A DNA stretch of 64,000 nucleotides from positions 75,454,001 to 75,518,000 of the forward strand of contig CM059430.1 of NCBI GenBank assembly GCA_030390025.1. The letters are read 5' to 3'. The notes under the pieces are model-generated. The model was not told the DNA's origin, made no database searches, and saw only the letters and a list, made by a program, of their open reading frames with translations. Origin of the DNA: Squalus acanthias (taxonomy: Eukaryota). Of the stretch, positions 24,701 through 36,455 are shown one piece after another. Position numbers and translations under genes: made by a program. Within the stretch, counting starts at the first letter, position 1, and each line of letters begins with the position of its first letter.

Positions 24701-25927
24701 TAAAAACAAAACATTGCACACCATATGTTATGTTTTAGTAAGTTTCAGTCTGAGTAAGTTCGAGTTACCTGGATAATGCTGTGTTCATCCCGAAACATAA
24801 CACGGGGATACCGCACTGATAATATGGAAGGTGTATTGGAAGTCACATTAACTAGTCGTAATTTAAAGCGCTCGGTGTGTTTTTTTAAATTTGTTTGTAT
24901 GCAGACTTCATATTTGATTAAGAAATTTAAACAAATGAGACAACGCAGCAATATCATTACAAAATGTCGTCGCTCGCGTTTTTCGTCAAAATCTCAGTAA
25001 CATTTACTGACGGGTAAACAGCACAATCGTCTAACTTTATATTATATTCTTATATAAATCTGGAAATAGATATAAAACTATTGGTGCTCAAGATAAATTA
25101 GGAGCAGATGTTAGAACTGTATAGGGCGCATTAAAGTAAATCAAGGCGTGTCGATGGAAGAGCTGCAGAAAAGACTTAAAATGATTATAGCAACACTGTT
25201 AACATGCGTTTGGAGCAAACAACTTCTTTCACACTTTGGAATCAATAAAGTTACACAATGAAAGGAAGATTCCGGTAACTATAATACACAGTATAAAAGT
25301 GAATACATATACATCAAGGGGACGCTTCAGTTCAAATATGTTTCAACATTAAGTAGCATGGATTGAATGTGTAGTTTGGTGAAGCATTTTTAGTTTAATA
25401 TTCTAACAAGAACACCACACAGCTCTGTGTAGCAACTCATTCGGCTCCACAGTTTCACTTACCGGAGACTTTGATCGTTGAGCCTGTTCCGGTTACAATC
25501 CTGCTTCCCAGGTTTGTCACTCCGCAGTAATAGACCCCAGAGTCCCACGCACTGATATTCAGGAGATGAAAGGAGGCTCCCCCTTGTTTAAAAAGGAGAA
25601 ATGTTTTCCTGCTGTCGGAGGCTGTTTGCAGAAATTTACTTTCGCCAAGTTTCCACCAATAAACACTCACATCTGAGTTATCTTTAAAAATGGGGAATGC
25701 GCAATGGAAGGTGATGTTTGAACACACGAGCAAGCTCGTGCTTTCAGGAGCCTGGGAGACTCGGAACTGAGCGTCAATAGCAACTGTCAGGAAACACAAT
25801 AATAATTATAAATAAAACATATAAATGGAATGCACGGGGATTCATGAAAAGAAAAAGAACAATAGAAAATACCTGTGCACATAATCCACAGGAGCCGTAT
25901 GGACTGAAGTACACCGGCTACGGGCAT
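21789..25927 (-). CDS. Gene B: non-rearranging VJ-C1 Ig-superfamily receptor (SIRP/NKp30-like ectodomain); activating or secreted form
   Basis: Leader 25873-25927 (MPVAGVLQSIRLLWIMCT), V 25463-25783, C1 from 22135 to donor at 21828 or stop at 21789; GT-AG phase-1 introns; leader and V exon sizes (55, 321 nt) equal gene A. Confidence 0.88.
21828..22135 (-). CDS. Gene B C1-set Ig domain exon
   Basis: VPPTPL..IVCKTDEFHPGTLNLTWYKD..NGLYEVSS.L..YTCQVSH.TL; acceptor ttctacag. Confidence 0.92.
23299..24040. mobile_element. ~750-bp non-autonomous TIR element (Harbinger-type MITE), copy 1, in gene B intron
   Basis: TIRs gggccaaaaattgatc / gatcaatttctgggcc; AT-rich core shared with the other three copies. 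Confidence 0.85.
25463..25783 (-). CDS. Gene B V-set exon with germline J-like G strand
   Basis: FRVSQAPE..TFHC..VYWWK..DSGVYYC..TGTGSTIKV; acceptor tttcctgacag, donor gtaagt. Confidence 0.93.
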
Positions 25928-26734
25928 TTATCGCTTTTTGCGAGGAAGCACAACGCTCTGGCGATAACCTGCGAGCAGATGACATCCGCCTGAAATGGCA
26001 GAGCCAATGATTGAGTTGATTTTAATGTGTGAATTGCGTGGCGGTAGCTGAACGCTTAATGAGACTTGGAAGGTTGTCACAATGTTAATAGTGTTAGTCA
26101 AAATCCTGACCACAGCGGGAAACTGGGTGCGGAATAAACGTGGTAGAAAATATCCTTCTGCAAATAGGAAGCTTGGTGTTAGCTTATTTACTTGATGTTT
26201 GCTCATCAATATATACACATTGTCTATTACCTGAGATGAAGATTTACTTCAGATGCAGTGACATCTCTACGGCCTATCCCTGCAGCGTCGTGCGCAAATA
26301 TCTCAGAAACTAGAACCCAGAAAATACTGGAACATTTCAGTCAGGTCGCTCAGCATCTGAGGAGAAATCACACGAGTTACCGTTCTGGGCGTAACACTTC
26401 GTCAGAACTGGAAAAAAGAGTAAGATTTAAATAGCATCAGAGCAAAGGGGAAAAGGTGGAAATAAAATCGCACCAGAGAAACAGAATATATAGTCAGAGC
26501 TGCAATGTCGTGGAATAAAGTTTTAATGAACGGAGTGATGTTAATATTGAGTTCAATGGAAAGGAAAGTCCGGCGAGGTTTAAAACGGGCGGCTGATCCT
26601 CTATCATCCGTTTGTCATCTTGTGATCTCTCTCGATTGTTAATGCCATCCCTAGAGGTTAATAAAGGGCGGTTGATACCATATCACCTGTTTAGTACTAG
26701 GGCCCATAGTCAAAATTACATATCAATAAAAGAT

Positions 26735-29500
26735 AGAATCATAGACTCGTACAGGAAAGGGAGAGGCCATTAGGCCCATCATGCCTGTGCCGGTTCTTTT
26801 ACAGAGTTATCCAATTAGTCCCACTCTAAGGTCACGTTCCTATAGCCAGGCGACTGATTCCCCTTCAAGAATTTATCCAATTACCTTTTGAATGTTATTA
26901 TTGAATCTACTGCCACGGTCCTTTCAGGCAGTGTATTCCAGATCATAACAACCAGCTGCATTGGAAAAAAATCTCATTGTCTCCCCTTTTGTTCTTTTGC
27001 CAATTACCTTAAATCTGTTTCATCTGGTTACCGACCCTCCTCTCAGTGGAAACCGTTTCTCCGATCTTACTCTATCATAACTTCATGTGATTTTGAAGAC
27101 CTCTGTTAAATCTACCCATAACATTCTCTGCTCTAAGGAGAACAATCCCAGGTTGTCTAGCCTCTCCGCATAACTGAATTCTCTCATCCCTGGTTCTATT
27201 CTAGTAAATCTCCTCTGCATTCTTGCCTGGGCTCTTACCTATAGTGTGCTGACCAGAATAGCACAGAGTACTCCAGCTAAAGCCTAACCAGTGATTCATA
27301 AAGGTTTAGCATAACGTCCTTGATTTTGCATTCTATGCCTTTATTTATAAAGCCAAGGATCCCGTATGATTTTCTGAAAAGCCTCATCAACTCTTCCTGC
27401 CACCTGCAAAGATTTCTATAAAGAAAAAGAAAAGACTTGCATTTATATAGCGCCGTTTACAACCACCCAACGTCCCAAAGCGTTTTACAGCCAATGAAGT
27501 ACTTTTTGAAGTGTAGTCACTGTTGCAATGTAGAAAACGCGTCAGCAAGTTTACAAACACCTAGCTCCGACAAACAGCTATGTGATAATCTGTTGATTGA
27601 GGGATAAATATTGGCCAGGACACCAGGAATAACTCCTCTGCTCTTCTTCGAAATAGTGACATAGGATCTTTTACGTCTACCTGAGAGAGCAGACAGGTCA
27701 CCCGAAAGACAGCACCTCCGACAGTGCAGCACTCCCTCAGTAATATACTGCAGTGAGATTTTTGTGCTCAAGTTTCTGGAGTAGGACTTGAACCCGCAAC
27801 CTTCAGACTCCGCGGCGAAGGTGCTATCAGCTGTGCCACGCCTGACACGCCTGTACGAAAAACGTAGGTGTCTCTCCTCCTGCACCCCATTTAAATATTC
27901 TCATTTTGTTTATATTGCCTCTGCTCATTCGTCCTTCCAAAATGGATCACTTCACAATTCTTTGCATTTAACATTAAACTGCCTTGGATCTGCCCATTTC
28001 ATCAGTCTGTCTATGTCCTCCTGAATTCTGCTACTTTGCTCCCCACTGTTTAGTACATTTCCGAGCTCCGTGTCATCTGCAAACTTGGAAATAATTATCT
28101 GTCTACCCAAGACTAGGTCATTAATATATATCAAAATAAGCAGTGGACCGAATAACGACCCCCTAGTGGGTATTACTGTATATATCCCTCCAGTCTGAAA
28201 GGCCATATACACAACATTAACCACACTACCGTCATCAACCCTTCCCTTTATTACATCAAAGAACTCACTCAAGTTTGACACATTCGATTTTCCTTTCACA
28301 AATCCATTTTGGCTGTCATGTATTCAACATATTTTCGAAGTGAGGAATAATTTTGGCCAAGATTGTTTTCTCCAAAATTTTCCCCAACACTGACGTTACT
28401 TTGACTGGCCTGTAGTTACTGGGTTTATCCCTCTCCCCTTTTTGGACTGGGGTGTAACATTTATACCCATCCAGTCCTCTGCCACCAGTCCCATACGCAA
28501 GGCGGATTGAAAGATTGCGGCTATTTCCGAACTTACTTCCCCCAGCAACGTACTATGCATCTCAGCTGAATCGGCTGAATGTTTTACTTTGAGCGGTGCC
28601 AATCATTTAATTGGCTAAACTTTAGCTATTTTTATGCTACCTACTTTCTGTACCCATCCTCCTTTATTGTGACATTGGGAGGATCCTCTTCTTTTGTGCA
28701 GCCAGATGCAAACTATTCATTTAGTACATCAGCCATGCCCTCGGCGTCCATAAGTAGTCCCCTTGTTCTGTTTCTAATCGGCCCCACCCTTCCTTTGACT
28801 ATCTTTTTAATATTTATATGTTTATAAACGACTTTGGTTTTAGTTTTTATTTTAGCTGCTAATGTTTTCTCAGAGACTCTCTTTGCCAGTCGTGTTTGCT
28901 TTCTCGGTTCTGCTTTGCACTTTTTGAATTCTGCTGGATTCTCTGATGTATAAAAGAATTGACATTTACCATAAGCGTCCTTTTCCTGTGTAATTGTAAT
29001 CTCTATCTTTTTATTCATCTAGGGAGATCTAGCTTTGAATGCCCTTCGTGTCCCCTTCAAGTACACCAACTATCTCCTCTCTGAAGGCCTCACATTTCTC
29101 GTTTAAAGTTTTCCTGCTATGCTTAGTTTCCAATCCATCTGGGACAGATTCCTTTTCAGCTCACGAAAATTAGTCCTCTTCCAGCTGAATATCTTGACCT
29201 TATATTGTTCATGTTCCTTTCCCTAACTACTCTACACCTAATGATAGTGTGATCGCAGATTCCCAAAAAATCTCCCCCTGAAACTTACTTCACTTGCCCC
29301 ATTTTTGTCCCCAGAACGAGATCCAACACTGCTTCCTTCATATTTGGGTTGGAAACAAACTGATCAAGAAAGTTATTTTGTACACATTTCAGGAATTCAG
29401 CCCCTCATTGCATATTACTCCGTTTTTTTGCCCAGTCTAATTTAGGATAACTGAATTCTCGCATTATCACTACTCTATTGTTTTTTCATCTTTCGAAATT
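26735..29500 (-). mobile_element. Old CR1 LINE, heavily decayed, interrupted by a SINE
   Basis: Minus ORFs 27952-28299 (YINDL..SKFADDT), 28396-28602, 28713-29018; CR1 tail near 26740. Confidence 0.8.
27425..27850 (-). mobile_element. Deu-domain tRNA-derived SINE (SacSINE/AmnSINE-like)
   Basis: ccgaaagacagcacctccgacagtgcagcactccctcagta core; B-box complement cttgaaccc. Confidence 0.75.
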
Positions 29501-31749
29501 GGTGGGAGATTTTCTTCTCCTTCTTCTTCCCACATCGGATCACTTATGAAATGAGCAGAAATCGACTCTTCTTAGATTAACAGAAAATAACAGCGTTTTT
29601 AAATTTCTGTACAGGAATCCGAGTCTCCACACCCTGACTCCAGCTTTTGGAATTCCCACCTCCTTTTACCATTGCATTATTGGCTGTCCATTTATCCATC
29701 TTGGCCCCACGTTCCCTCCTTAAAGCGACTGCCTGTTCACATCTCTCTCCCTCTTTAATACCCTAATTAAAATCTTGCTCTTTGACCAATCTTTTGATTA
29801 CACTCCCTATTACTTTTTTCTATCCTGTTGCCATTTTTGAAAACCTATCTGTGGAGTCCATTGGGACGTTTTTCTAAGTTAATGGCATTGTTTGAATGCA
29901 ATTTGCTGTCGTAAATAACAAACAACTTGAAAATTAATTGCAGCAGAACTCCTTGTTAACAGGTTTGAGTGTGGATAAGACGTTCATGAAGGGCTATTGC
30001 TCAATAACTACCATTTCACAATTAAGAAACCGTGGTTTATGTTTATATATCCGGTGCAGCTTCAAACTTCTCAACAGCCCTGACTTTTCATACTATTCAC
30101 ATCTGTAATTATAGCTCAGTTTCAGTGTACCCACTTCTACAAATAGGAAACGCTGCATGTGCGCGCTTGAATGATAAATATTCTGATAACTAACATCTCT
30201 TTATAGTATACAATGGTGCGTGAGAACAGTGTGCATAACTTTGCAAGGTAAAAGACGGTTTGTGAATATGTCCGTGCCGAACAACACATCTGTTGGATAA
30301 ATTTTAATGAGTTAATTCATCAACACTGCCAACCAGCAAAATATGTTATTTGTGCGACTATAAATGTACAATGCGTGTTTCCATCAGATATAACCCCGAT
30401 TATTTTTATGCTAATTTGTGTTGGCTTCAAGCGACAATTTTCAGTTTTCCCAAATCGTTTGTGAGAGATTTACTTCCATAAATTTTCAGTACAAGGATTT
30501 ATACTGAAATATTCTAGCATGGATCATTTGTCCATGGATATGGGGCCAATTTTGTGGGCAAGGTCAGATCTGGAAGTGGTAGTAGGTTAGGAGGAGGAAT
30601 AAGGTGGATGTCTAGCTGAGAGCTGAGAGGAGTAGACAGCACACTCTACAGCTGAGAACCGATAGAATCATAATGGGAATTGTAAATCCAAAAAAAGGTT
30701 CGGGTGGGGGCGGTGGAAGGTTAAAGTACAAACAATGTGATTCCCGACCCCAATCCGCCTCCAACACGCCCATTTCCGGACTTAATGGAGGCAGGACGGG
30801 TGACTTTAAATTATAACGAGGCTGAAGCCTTTGATTTAATCTGCTGTGTAGGTTTAACTGTGGCTCGACGGGGATCCCGGCACTCGAGATTCCCAGCAGC
30901 TGCAACGAAGTGAAGACAGCCTCGGGGTGCAATCCTTATGGACTGCAAGGAGCAGAAGTGCTTCCTCCTGAACCACAAGGTTCGCCCTCTCTCCCACCCA
31001 TCTGTTCCCACTCTATTATCTGGGACCACACGGATTGGAAACCCCTTTGGTTGTGATCAGAACCACCCGTGTTCCGACCCCCAACCTCGGGTCGTGGATT
31101 GGATTCTCCGGGATTGGACTCCAAACCAAGGTCGGGGATCAAACCTCCCAGGTCCTGCGATCACGTGTAAAGCGTTCCCGACCGCCTGCAAACCATGCTG
31201 TGGAGTTAAAACTTCTGGCTAGAAGGAACTTCAAAATTCCGGCATATAATCATGCAATCATACAGTACAGAAGGAGGACATTCTGCCCATCTTGTCTGTG
31301 CGAGCTATTTGAACGCGTTGTCCAATTGTTACCACTCCCTTGGTCTTGCACCGTAATCCTGCAAATGTTGTATTTCAAGCAGAGATCTGCATCCCTTTTG
31401 AAATTTACTATTGAACAAGATTATACCAGCCTTTCAGGCAGTGTCTTCCAGATCATAACAACTCGGGTGTAACAATATTTCTGCCCATATGCACCCTGGA
31501 TTTTTTGCCAATTATCTTAAATCTGTGTCCTGTTGCCCGACCATCCTGCCAGTGGACACACTTTGGCCGGAGTTTTTCAATTGAAGAGATGCGGGTTTGC
31601 GAGTGGGTGGGCAGTTAATATTGCAGAAATTGACAGCGTGTCGGGAAGAAGCCTTCAAGCCACTGATTTTAGCCTTTTACTTTGGTGCGTTTCTCAGCGC
31701 GCCAGAGACCCGCTCGGGAGAGACGGGTAGGTAACATTCGCGCCATAGA

Positions 31750-32517
31750 ATTGCCAGCCAATTAATTTCTCCAACAAGCGAGAGGCCAACCACCTCCCCA
31801 TGACATTCAACGGCATTACCATAGCAGAATTCCCCACCATCAACATCCTGGGGGTCACCATTGAACAGAAACGTAACTGGACCAGCAACATAAATACTGT
31901 GGGAACAAGAGCAGGTCAGAGGCTAGGTGTTCTACGGTGAGTAACTCACCTCCTGACTCCCCAAAGCCTTTCGTCAATCTACAAGGCACAAGTTAGGAGT
32001 GTGATGGAATATTATCCACTTTCCTGGATGAGTGCAGCTGCAGCAACACTCAAGAAGCTCGACACCATCCAGGACAAAGGAGCCCGCTTGATTGGTACCC
32101 AATCCACCACCTTAAACATTAATTCCCTCCACCACCAGCGTACCGTGGTTGAAGTGTGTACCCTCTACAAGATGCTCTGCAGCAACTTGACAAGGCTTCT
32201 TCGGCAGCACCACCCAAACCCGCGACCTCTTCCACCTAGAAGGACAAATGCAGCACGCGCATGGGAACACCACCACCTCCAAATTCCCCTCCAAGTCACA
32301 CACAATCCTGGATAAGATGTATATTGCCGATCTTTCATTGTCGCTGGGTCAAAATCCTGGAACTCCTTACCAGACAGCACAGTGGGAGTACCCTCACCAC
32401 ACGGACTGCAGCGGCTCAAGAAGGTGGCTCACCAACATTTTCTCAAGGGCAACTAGGGATGGGCAATAAATGCTGGCTTAGCCAGCGACGCCCAGATCCC
32501 ATGAATGAATAAAAAAA
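31750..32517 (+). mobile_element. 3' fragment of L2/CR1-group LINE
   Basis: MEYYPLSWMSAA..LKKLDTIQDK; ends atgaatgaataaaaaaa. Confidence 0.85.
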
Positions 32518-32899
32518 CTAATTAATATATTTCAGAAGTCATTAATGAGCTATTAACAGGTTTTTAAACTGATGTAACAGCTTTCACTGTGCACGGGATT
32601 CATGGGCTTCCTGAACCTTGCCTGTGAAAGAAAGGTCAGAGCTGAGCGGCCATTGTGGGAGTTGAACAATTGGCGGTAGAAAAAAATCATGAAAATACGT
32701 ACCCCTCACACTTGCTTCCCTGTCTAAGTGAAAGGCTCTTGCTGACATCAGCTCTGCTCCGAAATTGCTTTCAGGAGTTTGCAAGTGATTTCTACAAACA
32801 CGGAAGTCACTCTCACGTCATTGAGGATTGTTCATCTGATTTGCACTTTATCTGGCATCTATCAGTTCAGCAATGCTGTTTCACCTTGGATCTCAGATT

Positions 32900-34100
32900 C
32901 AGGCGAGATGAGCTCCAGCAGCAACAACACCAGCCATACCAGCCGCAGCAGCCTTCTCCACACCGATCTGCAGCTCCACAGGAGAGAGGGGATGTGCATG
33001 GGCTGCTCCTCGCCAGAGGTGATTCCCCCGACATCGGGTATAGAGGCTGAGGATTAGATTCTTGGACATGACTGAACAGCAGTGCTTCAGGAGGCTAAGG
33101 TTATTGCGTCAGGTCGTGGCAGACATTTGTAGCTTGCTGGAGGAAGACCTGCTGCTAACTGGACCTGATGGACATGCGTTACCAGTGGCTGTCCAAAGAC
33201 ACCACTGCACTCAACTTCTTTGCCTCCGGCTCCTTCCAGGTATCTGCAGCATACATTTGCAGGATCTTACAGTCGGCCGCACATGGATAGATCACCCAGG
33301 TGACCGATGCCATGTTTTATAAGTCAGTTTCACTTATGTTCACTTTGCCACTGATGAAGCCTGTCAGACTGAGCAAACGCTCGGCTTTGTGACACTGGTT
33401 GGCTTCCCACATCTGCAGGGCGTCATCAACTGCACGCATGTGCCTATCAAGGCAACCTTAGATCAAGCAGGAGTGTTCGTGAACCAGAAGGGATTCCACT
33501 CCCTAAATGTGCAGCTCGTCTGCAACCACAAAACGATCACCATGCATGTGTGTGCCAGATTCCCAGGGATCTGTCATAACTCTTTCCTCCTGCGCCAGTC
33601 CAACATCCCTCAGCTCTTCACACCTGCGACCAGACTCGCTGGCTAGCTGCTTAGAGACAAGGTCTATGCACTGATGGCGAGGCTGATGACTCCCTTGAGG
33701 AGGCCAAGCAATGAGGTCAAAGAGCAGTATAATCAAAACGATATGACGATCAGATGTGTAATAGAGCAAGCAATCACGATGCTGAAGATGCGCATCAGAT
33801 GCCTGGGCACATCTTGAGGAGCCCATCAATATGGACGAGGCAGCTACTCCAGAATTATCATCGTATGCTGCGTGCTGCACAACATAGCGCAGCAGCGAGG
33901 ATTGGAGCTGCAGGAGCAGCAAGGTGCTTCTTTGGAGGAGGATGAGAAGGAGGAGCAGGTGGAACACGTGGAGGAGGAGGAACCTCTGGTAGAGAAGGCA
34001 CCAGCAGCGGCAAACATTGCTGCCTGGCAGGCACTGGATGGCCTCATAATGGCACGACTTGGTTATGTTGCATCATTGCACCGGTATGACAACAAGAACT
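32900..34100 (+). pseudogene. PIF/Harbinger (HARBI1-like) DDE transposase, inactivated
   Basis: ALNFFASGSFQ, GFPHLQGVINCTHV, NQKGFHSLNVQLVC, ARFPG..HNS, IEQ..MLKMRIRCL, CCVLHNIA; catalytic Asp positions read Asn; stops and frameshifts. Confidence 0.9.
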
Positions 34101-34356
34101 TCCCCCCCCCACCACACCAACACCACAAAGCAGTCCTAACATGGCCAAAATGTTCCTGTCACACACACCCATTGCTCAAGGTTAAGTAATGTCCTAACAT
34201 TTACTCGAAATGACAAGGTCACTTCCCAGGTAGAAGGCAAAAAGGCACAAGACGGGAAAGTGCTGCAAAGAAATACATTTTGTGCGTCATAAACAGAACT
34301 AATATTTTGAAACACACCCATGTGGATACCTTTGTTAGCTCCCATTGTGTCATTTT

Positions 34357-35170
34357 TCATCTCCACGTGCCTCTACGACGTGCACCCCCCGTGGCTTCAG
34401 CAGTTGTGGAGGTAGGCTGCTCACTTCCGTGCTCTGACTGCTTAAACACTTTTGTCGGAAGTCCTCTGGGTTTTGGAGCCTGTAACGTCCACGCTAAAGA
34501 CTGCTCCACCTTCAAATGTGCAGGGGCAAATTTGTCCATCGGGATCCGAGGCAGCATGTGTGTCTCTGTCTGACGGGAAGGCAACCGGGGAGAAATGGAC
34601 CTGCTTTCAGCAGAGCTCCAATTTCCATGTCCCCTCTCACCATCACACCTCCCATGGCCCACCTGCACCTTCCTGCGAGCAGGTAGTTTTGGAGCACCTT
34701 GCTGCAGATCAGTGGGACGGTGAACGGACAAGTCTAAGTTTGTATCCCTCCTAAATATGACTGCACTCAGAATCTGAAAGCTCTCGTTCACAGCAAGCAT
34801 GCATTCGTTTGACTGGCACATTTGAAACTCCATATAGGTAGCCACCCTTTCCATGGAAGAGCATATCGTCGCCATCACTTGCGACATGGTGCTGCTCATG
34901 TTGGAGATGGACACCTCCATTCTCCCTACAATCCTGCACATCGCGCCTGGAAAAGTGGCCAGTGCATCCCACTATTTTTGCTGCTCCTCCAGAATAATCC
35001 ACTTTGTAGTCAACGCCCAGTGTTCTATATTTGCATTCAGCTGAGCAAAGCTTGGAACGTCCTGCGCCCTCTGCCAAGGACTCTCCACTGCTTTCCCTGT
35101 CTCCAGCATCTGCTCTTGTTCACGTGAGACACCAGGCGACAATACATATAACCCAGAGTATGGGGAAGTC
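34357..35170 (-). pseudogene. Probable Harbinger second (accessory/Myb-SANT partner) ORF remnant, convergent with the transposase
   Basis: 194-aa coiled-coil-like minus ORF in the expected position and orientation; no DNA-binding domain seen. Confidence 0.45.
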
Positions 35171-35730
35171 ACTGTAAGTGGCAGACGTTCTTAGCGCAGT
35201 TGATTATTGTAGGTTTCAACTGGCTGCATTTATCGTAGCTTACCTTCTAAGGGTACTTAAATTTGTGATAGGAAGAACGGTGAGGCTAACAGCTCTCAGT
35301 TACCCATTATACACGCCATGAACAAGTTCGGACTGGTGCATTCAGGTGTAAGTGATTTTATTTTTAATGGCGTGGTATGTCTTACTTACTGCCAAACAAC
35401 CTCTCTGGCCTTAAAAAAAATATTTTACAAGTGTGGACTTTCATTCCTTCAGAATATAATTATTGTTGGAGAATTTAAAAATAGCTACATTTTTACTTTT
35501 TCTTGCTGTCTCTTTTATCTCTCTCTCAAACCCATCTTTTATTCTGTCTCTTTATTTCACTTTTTGTATATGATTTTACATTGAATGAAATATTCCAATT
35601 CATGCTTTCTGCTTTAGATTCTGCGCACCTCGGTGTGAATTTTTCTACCTGACTGGTGGAAAAGACACGTTGTTGCTTGCCTTGCGCACACACGCCACAA
35701 TTCCCCATGCAGAGGGCAGCACATTGAAAA
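35155..35730. repeat. Interspersed repeat, direct copy of 42360-43110
   Basis: Shared blocks such as aatattccaattcat and agacacgttgttgctt. Confidence 0.75.
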
Positions 35731-36437
35731 TTAAAGAATCGTGAATTGGAAGAAATTATGAATTATAAGCAATAATGGCTTTATAAAATCATTAAGCTCA
35801 CCCGAGCTGAGCAGAAAAGATAAGCCGCTGATACAGCTATTGTACAAAGAGCTGAGGTCGTTGCAAGTTCATAACACAAAACAGGCCTTCGAGTGGCATA
35901 CCTCGTGCTGAAAAGGGGTTGAGTAAGAAAAACAAGCTGTGTAGGAGGAAGTGGAGGAGATAAGCAAAGGGATGGTTTCGATAGACTGGGTGAGATGTGC
36001 TACAGGTTCATATTCCTCCGTGAATGGTCAATTGAATGGGTAAAGGTGATTAATACAAGTGATTGGCGTGAGGTATCCACCAGCCCCTCAAATAAGTTAT
36101 ACAAACGAGCAGCCGAGAGGGAAAGGCAGGCAGAAAGGGGTATAGATTCCACGGGGTGGATGCATGCTAGCTTCGGCTTACCAACTCTGCCAGCTCGCGA
36201 GATGACCAAATAAGAAGAGACCGCTGCGGTAGGCTGCAGGGATTGTAAACTGCCATTCTGCCTTCTGCCATCCGTCCATTCCGGGCCGGTAAACCTTTCT
36301 CACCTGTTACCGGTTGTATGTCTAGGATGTCTAACCTGATTTAGCTATATTTGAACTACCGCTCCTTAAAAAAATGCCCTAAGACTCCGATGACCCTTTG
36401 GGTAATCGGTGTGTGCCTGCGATTCGAATTCTTACAG

Positions 36438-36455
36438 TGGTGTCAGAAGTGGGAT
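36438..36455 (+). promoter_or_regulatory. Primer-binding site complementary to tRNA-Leu 3' end
   Basis: TGGTGTCAGAAGTGGGAT, one spacer base after the LTR end ...TTACA. Confidence 0.9.

Noticed and set aside
25942-25948. Ets/PU.1-like GAGGAAG upstream of gene B (and CRE/Ets-like motifs near 45705-45730 for gene A)
   Set aside because: Short motifs expected by chance; no TSS evidence
32900-34100. Domesticated HARBI1 gene
   Set aside because: Multiple stops and frameshifts and mutated catalytic residues; a transposon relic
36438-36455. tRNA-Leu gene fragment
   Set aside because: Only the 18-nt complement including CCA, next to an LTR end; it is a PBS
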